Assembly: GCA_010405405.1 (NCBI GenBank)
Contig: MU004231.1
Coordinates: 1,288,164 to 1,308,163 of the forward strand
Source: Microthyrium microscopicum
Taxonomy: Eukaryota
Length of the DNA stretch: 20,000 bases
Reading direction: 5' to 3'
This document shows, one piece after another, positions 11,696-20,000 of this stretch. Numbering within the stretch: position 1 is the stretch's first letter; every line of letters begins with the position of its first letter. Both the position numbers and the translations under genes were made by a program. The notes beneath the pieces are model-generated. The model saw only the letters and a program-made list of their open reading frames with translations. It was not told where the DNA came from and did not search any database.

Positions 11696-13209
11696 CCGCT
11701 ATGTCTAAAACCTTTTGCGAAAAGACAAAATCTAAGAATTTAATGATTCCAAATGGCTGCTGCAAAACTCATGGTCAACCATCCAAATTTCGAACAACCT
11801 TGTGCTAAATCTATTCTCGTCAACTCTAAGTTTAGACACCAGAGAGACTTCATGCCAAAGAGGTCTTGGTATTCATGACAGCTTGGTATGTTTTGATTTG
11901 GTCCAAATTTAACAACTTACAGTGCAAAATGAAACCCTTCAGACTGTCATCTAACAGCAAGTCAAAAGCTAAGAAGTCGAACATTCAATAAGTAAGCTAT
12001 ATCACATAGGCGACAATGATCGAAATAGCCATGAGACAAGCTTTTCCAAGAGGATTGTTTGAATTGTGCCAAGATCAATGAGAGTTATTTTTATCAATTT
12101 CAAGTGTTTTCAGAGATCTATTCGCACTCATTGAACCTGTTCGTGTCAGTTGTCAACATTACCAGGAGAAAACCATCAAAAGTGTTCCTTTCTTGGCCAG
12201 AAACGCGACATCTCTTAGCATAAAAGTTTGCAAGACAGAATATGTATATCACCCAAATTATTATTGTTTCCTCGGCCAAGATCTAGACCTTGAATCGCCT
12301 CACGGAGAGAAATCTGTACATGGCGTTGAAACCCCTTGCGGTTTCAGGGTGCAAAAAGATGCAGCTATAACCACTCTGTACTAAGAGATAATAGAACGGC
12401 TCTCTATCTCAACGGGATCTTGTTAAGATATCCTCCTTGTTCTGGAAGTATTGGCGTAGTTGAAGTTGTCACGGCCGAAAACAAGTTCATATTATCCTGA
12501 TTATATCGCCGTCGTCTCAAAATAGTACTTACTAAACGCAGATTGAAATGCACAACGACTTTCTAAGTTTACTTAGAATTATCTACTGCTGAAAGGTAAG
12601 ATAGATATGATAGGGTGTCTTGTGGCAGTACATTAAATGTTCTCTTTTGGACTTGTATGTAGATCTTATGTTACTCAACTGCGACTAGATATCGTCGGTC
12701 GTCTGTGCTGCCTCGTGGTATAGGTGATCTTTCATAGTTGACAGGTTCGGATTGGATAGCCGCACGAAGCGTGGGTTGCCCGTGCATGGAATAATAGATC
12801 CCATCGATCTTACCCGGTTGTTCCTGGGACGCCCTCCGCTCATGATAATGCAGGTCACAGACGAGACCAATAGCCTGCATCCATACTGCATGTTGTAAAC
12901 AAACAGCTTCAAACCCTGAGGGTATTAGATCTTGTAACAATCAAGCCAACCAGCAAGAATCTGGCGAGTCTAATATTATGCAAACGAACAACATGATCTG
13001 ATCGCAGCCAAGCAGTTTATGTTCCATCTGTAAAAGTCTTGGGACACTTGGAAATACATAAAGGCAGCAATCGCGGCCATGTCAACATATTTTCAACAAC
13101 ACAGTTCATCCAAACATTCAGTCTTTTACATTCCATTCTTTTGAGCAGGCCTCCTAATTCAACTACTACTTTCACTTACAACCAAAAATCAACCAACAAA
13201 ATCATCAAC

Positions 13210-13614
13210 ATGAAGCTCATCACTCTCCTCACCATCGCCTTCGCCGGCTTTGTTATGGCCACCCCAGTTGCCGAGCCAGTTGCTGAGGCCGGTCTCATGG
13301 ACTCCATCACTGCTAAGCTTCCTCACTCTTTGACCGCCACCGACCGTATCATGACCCCCGGTGCACCAACTGAGCAGCTTGTCACCCGTCAAGGTTAGTA
13401 CAGTCCAGCGGCTCCCAAGTATCAACACTAATGAAGTCTTACAGCCAAGGCTAAGAAGGCAAAGAAAGCCAAGAAGGCTAAGAAGGCAAAGAAGGCAAAG
13501 AAGGCAAAGAAGGCCAAGAAGGCTAAGAAGGTATGATAGTTCATACATTACATCCACGTCTCAACTTTTCTAACTCATCATCAGGCCAAGAAGGCAAAGA
13601 AGGCTGCTGCTTAA
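13210..13614 (+). CDS. Small secreted pre-pro-protein (99 aa) with a C-terminal (AKK)11 polycationic repeat; exons 13210-13393, 13445-13530, 13585-13614
   Basis: Start context ATCAACATG after an A/C-rich leader; signal peptide MKLITLLTIAFAGFVMA-TP. Introns GTTAGT..ACTAAT..CAG (13394-13444) and GTATGA..TCTAAC..CAG (13531-13584) join in frame to give ...EQLVTR-QAK(AKK)11AAA* with TAA at 13612-13614. Confidence 0.88.
13450..13602 (+). repeat. Coding 9-bp tandem repeat GCNAAGAAR (Ala-Lys-Lys), 9 units in exon 2 and 2 units in exon 3, interrupted by an intron
   Basis: Units differ only at synonymous third positions (GCT/GCA/GCC; one AAA for AAG). Confidence 0.92.
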
Positions 13615-13755
13615 ATGCAAGACCTGAAAATGGAGTAACCACCTCAAGGTGCTCGGTGTTCGCGATCATATGTAAATAACGTGGATCTGGCAGCAGTAAA
13701 CAAGAAATTAAAGTCCTTTTCGGTCAAGCATTGCTTATTACTTTTCATCGTGTGC

Positions 13756-14575
13756 TTAGCCAGGGTATCTCATTCGATTCGATCCGGAATGGCCACCTCT
13801 ATTTCCTCGTGGCATGTTCTTGCCGTTTCGAGGAGCTCTAGGGCAGTCATTTCTCATATGGCCTGGTTGGTTGCATATGAAACACTTTCTGACCGGAGCT
13901 TTAGTGCCACCACCGGCTGAAATACTTCCAAACGTGATTCCATCATCGATTGGTCTAGAAGGTGTGGTTTTTGCTGCGGCAGCTTGGCCTTGTGCTAAGA
14001 GTTGATCAACGCTAGATGGGTCATAATCTTCTTCATCATCTTCGCTGTCTTCCTCATCCGAGTTTTCAGACGGGCGCGGTTTATCTGCTGAATCAGTTGT
14101 CAGAGGCTACATCGCTGTTAGTAAACAGCATGTTGAACCACATAAACCGGAATCATCGGCTCCTGTCACGAACCTTGCCAAACCTCATGCGGCTATCTGG
14201 CTTGTCGGCAGCATCTTCATCGCTTGACGCATCAATATCTGCAAACCCAGCCGTGGCGATGCTCAGCGCCGTGGCAGGCGTAGCATCTGCCTGCTGTATG
14301 CTTAGCACCCACTTGGTCTCGCCCTTCTCCGCTGCCTGACGCTCAAGCGCTTGTTCTCTCTTGGTTTCTTCTTCAGCCAGCGCATCGTTCATGGTCTTCA
14401 AGTCTGAAGTTGAATGACGGGGTGCGCTTGAGCCGTTTGACATGCGTTGACGTTTGGAAGGCGGCGAGTCGGTGGAAGATGCTGCAGCGCGCTGCATAAA
14501 CTGCATGTATTGTTAGGTGACAGCTGAATGATTTGAGCCCTAACTAACCTTCATGGTTAAAAGTCGCGACGACAT
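13756..14575 (-). CDS. MPP6: Mpp6 (M-phase phosphoprotein 6)-like nuclear exosome cofactor with C-terminal CCHC zinc knuckle, 234 aa; exons 14575-14549, 14500-14174, 14106-13756
   Basis: The spliced N-terminus MSSRLLTMKFMQRAAA resembles the Mpp6 L..MKFMQR motif. It also has KWVL, GFADID, RMRFGK, an acidic tract, then CFICNQPGHMRNDC (Cx2Cx4Hx4C) and an RG-rich tail. Introns are GTTAGT..CCTAAC..CAG (48 nt) and GTTCGT..ACTAAC..TAG (67 nt). The family assignment is from motif recall, not a search. Confidence 0.78.
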
Positions 14576-14870
14576 TTTGGCGGAGTTGTGTTTCTAGCCG
14601 CTTCTGAGCAAAAGAACAAGGCTGATATGGTATTTTTCTGTAATTCTGCGGCTTCGCTTTCATAAAAAATCACGCAAAAGATTAACGACAGCGCAGACTC
14701 GCAGATGGATCAAGAATTGTAAGTGGTGAAACATTCATGTGCAGCAGGACATTGGCATTGAAGTTGAGGTTCAGAATCAAAAAGTCTTGTCGGCCCGAGA
14801 TTGATCCCATAGATTATCAATCGGGGTTCTGATATAATGGCGCATTACTACCAACCCTGCTTAAGATAAG

Positions 14871-14955
14871 AACTTCTAAACTTCTAAACTTCTAAACACG
14901 TTACTATATTACTATATTAGCAACGTTACCCTATTACTATATTACTATATTACCC
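14871..14955. repeat. Short tandem repeats at the left edge of the right-hand AT block: (AACTTCTA)3 then two clusters of an 8-bp TTACTATA-type unit; candidate subterminal repeats
   Basis: aacttctaaacttctaaacttctaaac; acgttactatattactatattagc; aacgttaccctattactatattactatattaccc. They coincide with the GC-to-AT transition. Confidence 0.75.
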
Positions 14956-15259
14956 TTTAATCTCTAGAGCTCTAGATTATTAATTATAAATAATTATAAT
15001 TCTACCTTACTACTTAAAAGTTATTATATTTATATTAGGATATATCTTTCTAATAAGTTAATATAGTTATATATATATTATATAATAATTAGTAGAAAAT
15101 ATAAAGTATAAAATATATAAATAATTACTAAATATAAGTTTATATTACTATTTAATAAATAAGTATATATATATATATCTATCTAAACTAATTAAGTATT
15201 TATCTCTTTCTTAGAGTTATTCTTTATACTTTTTACCTTATTACTTTATTTATAATAAA

Positions 15260-17031
15260 ATACTAAGCTTTACTTCTATTAATTTAGAGTTCTATTAAGA
15301 TAAGATTAAAAATCTTATTATAAGATAGTTTTTTACTTATTTAAAAGTTATATATTAGCTAAAAGAAAACTATAATATTAATATTATACTAAGTATATTA
15401 CGTTAAAAAATTAAGTAATAAAAGATTTAACGCTTTATAGCTTCTTTATTAGAGCGTTATAAAAAGCTTAAGAAAATAATAAAATTCTTATTTTATAATA
15501 AGAATAGTAATAAAGATAAAATACTCTTTATTCTTTAAATTATAAAATATTTAATAACTATATAAACTTTCTAGCGTTATTAATAAAAGCTTAGTCTTAA
15601 ATACTACTATAAGTTTATATTAAATAAAGATTTTATAATAGCTTACTACTAAAATAAAGTAATAGTTCTAGCTAAGCTTTATAGGGCTTATTTATTAGTA
15701 TTATTATATAGCTATTAAGCTCTAGCTATTAGACTTTATAAATATAGATACCTAATTCTAAAAGCCTAGATTAATTAAATTTAATAAGATTTAGATTTTA
15801 TTAATATATAAGCTTACTAAAAATAAAAATATTAAAAATATAGCAAATATAAGACTAAAGGCTTAAACTATATCTAGTTAATTAATAAGTATAATAAACT
15901 TAAAAAAGTAGGAATTAAAATTTATAGCTATATTAATACCTACTTATAAAATATAATCTAGTATTATATTAATATATTAAATACTATAAATATAAGTTAT
16001 TTATATTAGTACTTAGATTAGTTAACTATTAATTCTATAATTTCTTAGTTTATTTGCTTAGATTAAGAAGATAAAACTATAATGCTTACTAACGCTTATT
16101 ATAAGTTTATAAAGGCTTTAAAGTATAGAATTTCTTTCTTAGATTATTATTTATATAAGACTAATATTATAAATTAGAGAATTAAGCGCTAATAAGGAAG
16201 CCTTAGTAAATTAATATTAACTAAATAGTAAGTAAATTATATAACTATATATACTTAAGAGTTAGTACTAATATAATAATCTATTAGATATTTTTTAATA
16301 GGCTAGTTAATAAGAGTTCTTATTTAAAAGATAAACTTAAGAATTAAATTATAATACTAGCTATTTACTTTCCTATTTTATAACGTATAATAAAGAAATT
16401 TATTAATGACTAGAATAACTATAAGATTATTAATAATAAGAAAAAGTAACTATATATAATAAATAGTAAACTTTAGTATCTATATACTCTTCCTTAAAAA
16501 GTATAAGATATAGGCCTAGTTACTAATCTAGTAGTACTTTAAGCTAAGAAAGTAATAGTAAGAAATTAGAATAAGAATACTTTTTTACTACTTAATATAC
16601 TTTAATAGTATAATAAAAAGCTAAATATAATAAAATTTAATCTTAATAGTAATCCTTTTAAAATAGAAGAGAATTAGTATAACCTAATAAATTTATATCT
16701 TAGTTATTATTTCTACTTATAAGAAGTAATTAGTTACTATATAGTATTAGATAATGCCTTAATTCTAGCTACTTTTAAAAATCCTTAAGATAATAAAGCT
16801 TAAATTAGAAATTACTTAAACTACTTTATAGTTTAGGAAATATAAAGAGCTATAAATAAAGATAATAGAGATAATAATATTATAAAGTTCTAAGCTACTA
16901 TAAAATATATAAAACTTAGCTATCTTAATAATAATTAATTAAGAAATAATTCTAATATTAATTTAATTAAAGAAGAGGAAATTTAAGCTAGTAATATAGA
17001 AAGTAAGAATAATATAGAAAAGAAGCTTTAG
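15260..17031 (+). pseudogene. Transposase relic with IS3/IS481-like integrase core and a relic intron (16232-16287)
   Basis: De-RIPed reading in one frame from 15260 (ATA, formerly ATG): ..IDLE.Y.D.I..L; 15860 GPNYIWSIDG[YH]DKLKKVGIEIYGCIDAYSRNIIWYY; ~16050 FIRSDRG.ET; ~16172 NQRIERWW. After GTAAAT..TACTAAT..TAG the frame continues LAIYFPIL...FIDDWNNHKI and remains in register to TAG at 17029-17031. Confidence 0.82.
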
Positions 17032-17189
17032 TTTATATTTAGGCATTCTAATTAATAATAATAATTTATAATAATTTTATATACTTTAATTACTTTTTAA
17101 AACCTTACTATATTAGTAAAGCTTAATACTATAAGGTATATTATTAGATAAATAGTATATTCTCTTTATATTAAGTAGTTAAAGATTTC

Positions 17190-17237
17190 TAAGTCTCTTA
17201 AGTCTCTTAAATTTCTTAAATCTCTTAAGTCTCTTAA
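17190..17237. repeat. 9-bp tandem repeat (TAAGTCTCT-like) x5
   Basis: taagtctct taagtctct taaatttct taaatctct taagtctct; the period of 9 is compatible with a former coding tripeptide repeat. Confidence 0.8.
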
Positions 17238-20000
17238 AAAGAATAATATAGATATTACTTAAATTTTTAGTTTCTTTCTTTATTCTTAATAATATTAATA
17301 ATAGAGTAAAAGCCTATAGTAGTATTAGGTTTAGTACTCTTAAATACCTATCTTATTATTATAAATAGCGTATAAATTAATTATAATTAGATAATTAAAA
17401 TATAATACTTAAAGTACTAGGCGCTTATAGATATATCTTTTAAAAAAGTTATTCTTATATCTTTAGTTATATCTATTAACCTATAAGAGCTTAAGCAAAG
17501 ATAGATAAAAGATAACCTAAAGCTTTATATATTACTACTACTAGTACTATATATAATTAAAAACCTAGATAATATAATTAAAGTTTCTAACTCTAAAATA
17601 TTATTATAACTATAGTAATATATTAAATAAGAGCTTTCTTTTATTAAGATAGAGGAATATAATAATATTTTATTATAAAATCTAAGTAATGAAAGAACTC
17701 TAAATAATTTTATTAAAGCGTAATATAGTTAAAAAAGCTACTAAAACTATATAAAATATAGATTAATAAACGCTATAATAAAGCTAGATCCTATTATATA
17801 AAAGATTTAATAAAGTATATTAGTAATTTCTATAAAAAAAAGGTATAAGATTCTATTAAAATATAAGTATAAAAACTTACTTTAGTTTAGTTCTTAAAAT
17901 AACCTTAGTATAAATAGAATAAAAAGTAGAGATTTATTTTTATATTATTAACTATAAAACGTAAAGTAACTATATATAATTTAACTTTATTAAAGAATAT
18001 TATAAGTAGCCTAGTTATTAGAATAGCTTATACTAATGTATATAATAGCTTTAGTAAATATAGACCTTTTTTAAAGTAACGTTAAGAGTATTTAAGACTT
18101 TATTTATAAATACCTAACTTTTTATTTAGATAATATAGTACTTATTAATTATAATAAAGTCTTTACCTATAGTAAAAATATTTAAAACGTTAAACTTATT
18201 AATAAAATTAAACTAAGTAAAGGACCTATAGGTTATATATTTTTAAAGAATAAAAAGGGTAAGGCTTTAAGCTTTCTCTTAAAGTAAGGAGAGCCTTCTA
18301 AGATTAGTCTTATTAGTAGAATATATAATGTTATTAAGCTAGCTAGTATTATTATAAATAAGTTTATTAAAAGAGCTATCTTTAATATTAATAAAAAAAG
18401 TTAATTATAAATTTATTTAATTATATATAAGTATTAGAAAATTATTCTAAACTTTAATTCTAATATATTTACTTTATTAGCGTCTATCTTAAAGACTTTA
18501 AAGGTACTTATTCTAAAGACCTTAAAAATATACTAATAGCTATCTTTAGAATAAACTCCTTTAAGACTTAGGTTAAGTAAAGCTATTAAAGCTAATCTAA
18601 GTATTTAAGTAAAGCTTAAGAAAGTTAAGCTTAATATAGACGTTCTTAAGAAAATAAAAGCTACTATACTAAAAGCTAAGTAAATTATAAAGAATTTATA
18701 AATAGTAAAGAATCTAGTAGAGAATAAAAGTAGATAAGGCCCTAAGTCTACTATAAATAATAAGAATAATAGCCCTAATAATAAGAAAAAAGCTATAGCT
18801 AGTAATAAAGATAATAATTCTAATATCTTATTGCTATTATTAAGGACGTTATTCTAGTAATTAAGAAAGAAGAAAGCTACTAAAAAAGAGAAAGAAGCTA
18901 CTACTATTAAGTAAGAGAAGAAAACTACTAAATAAGATATATAAAAGTAAGCTATATTTTAGGTTAAGCTATTAAAGAATAACGTATCTACTTACGCTTT
19001 TTAATCTTATAAAATAGTACTTACTTTAGTAGATAAATAAGTAGCTATAGCTATTAAAGTAGATATTCTTAAAGTAGCTAAGGCTAATATAATAGTAAAG
19101 AAGTATAAAAGATATAGAAGAAAGGGTATAGAACGTAGATATAGAAATAAAAAGTAAAATAGCGCTACTTAGTTATATTAAAAGGCTATTTAGATATTTC
19201 TACTTATTTAATACTTATTATAATTTTATTATACTTATTCTATTCTTTTTCTTATTAATTTTTAAATAATTAAGGTAGCGTTAACTTATTAATAATTACT
19301 TAGTAAATATTTTCTTTATAAACTTAATAAGAGTTTTATATATAATAGATATAATATTATCTTAATTTAGTAAAGAGGCTAATAAAACCTATAACTACTA
19401 CTAGCTTATTATTTCTAATTCTATTACTAAAGTTACTAACTTAAAAAAAATATATTAAATACTTAGCTAAAAAATAAAGAGTAAGCGTAGAGAACTTATT
19501 AAGATTCTCTTCTAATAATAATGTTATAACTAGGATTAAGCTATATTTAGTAAGTAGATCCTACGTTAAGCCTACTAAATTATAAGCTACTTATAACTTA
19601 ACTAGACTTTAATAAACTTTAGTTTCTTAAAATAATTATTCCTTAAAGTTAATTAAGTAATTTTTTATTAAGCTTTAAGTATTATGCTCTTTATATATAA
19701 ACTTTAAACTTAAATAGAACTAAATCTTAAAAAGAGCTAACGCTTTTTCTAAAATAGGATTAACTAATCTAATAATATATTCTTATATAAGTATTATATA
19801 TATATTATAAAAGAATAAGTAACTAGCTTATTAAACTATTATACTTCTTCTTTATTTTATTAAATTAATACCCTTATAATACTTAAGTAGTTTATTAACT
19901 TATAAGTTAAACCTAAATAAACGTTAGTAAGTATAATAATTAATATAATTTATTAAGTAGAAGTTATAAAACGTAGTATAAAAAACTACTATATAAAGAT

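Larger units (their letters stand above)
14860..20000. mobile_element. RIP-degenerated DNA transposon (DDE integrase-core transposase, IS3EU-like) and adjoining RIPed sequence; right end not seen
   Basis: RIP composition throughout, with a transposase relic at 15260-17031. Whether 17100-20000 belongs to the same element is not established. Confidence 0.75.

Noticed and set aside
12561..12578. Perfect 8-bp inverted repeat TTCTAAGT-TT-ACTTAGAA (similar short ones near 7566 and 12327)
   Set aside because: Short AT-rich palindromes of this size are expected by chance; no supporting context.
13189..13557. Minus-strand ORF with LLCLLCLLS hydrophobic repeat resembling a signal or membrane segment
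   Set aside because: Antisense shadow of the AKK repeat; splice signals and start context support the plus-strand gene.
13361..13573. Protamine-like ORF (RRLRRQRRQRR...)
   Set aside because: Alternative frame of the AKK repeat. It has no ATG, runs through both introns, and repeat variation is synonymous only in the AKK frame.
13681..14339. Plus-strand ORFs 13681-13920, 13814-14005 and 14016-14339
   Set aside because: Antisense to the Mpp6-like gene.

Overview
Fungal (Pezizomycotina-type ascomycete) genomic DNA with an abrupt bipartite structure. A ~7.8 kb GC-balanced gene island (~7100-14860) lies between two very AT-rich blocks destroyed by repeat-induced point mutation (RIP). The left block holds a RIP-inactivated Ty3/Gypsy chromovirus (protease, RT, RNase H, integrase and chromodomain motifs still in one frame, plus PPT and a 218-bp 3' LTR at 5732-5949), followed by an unidentified relic ORF. 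The right block holds a RIP-inactivated DNA transposon whose DDE transposase (IS3/IS481-like integrase core, IS3EU-type motifs) can be rebuilt with its intron. The island carries four intron-containing genes that the ORF track fragments: glucosamine-6-phosphate deaminase (start codon split by an intron), an aldo-keto reductase with an apparent signal peptide, a 99-aa secreted precursor ending in QAK(AKK)11AAA, and an Mpp6-like exosome cofactor with a C-terminal CCHC zinc knuckle. The most striking item is the spliced pre-pro-peptide gene, which predicts a 39-aa polycation with 23 lysines and is invisible in the ORF track. All gene models were spliced by hand; no database searches were run.
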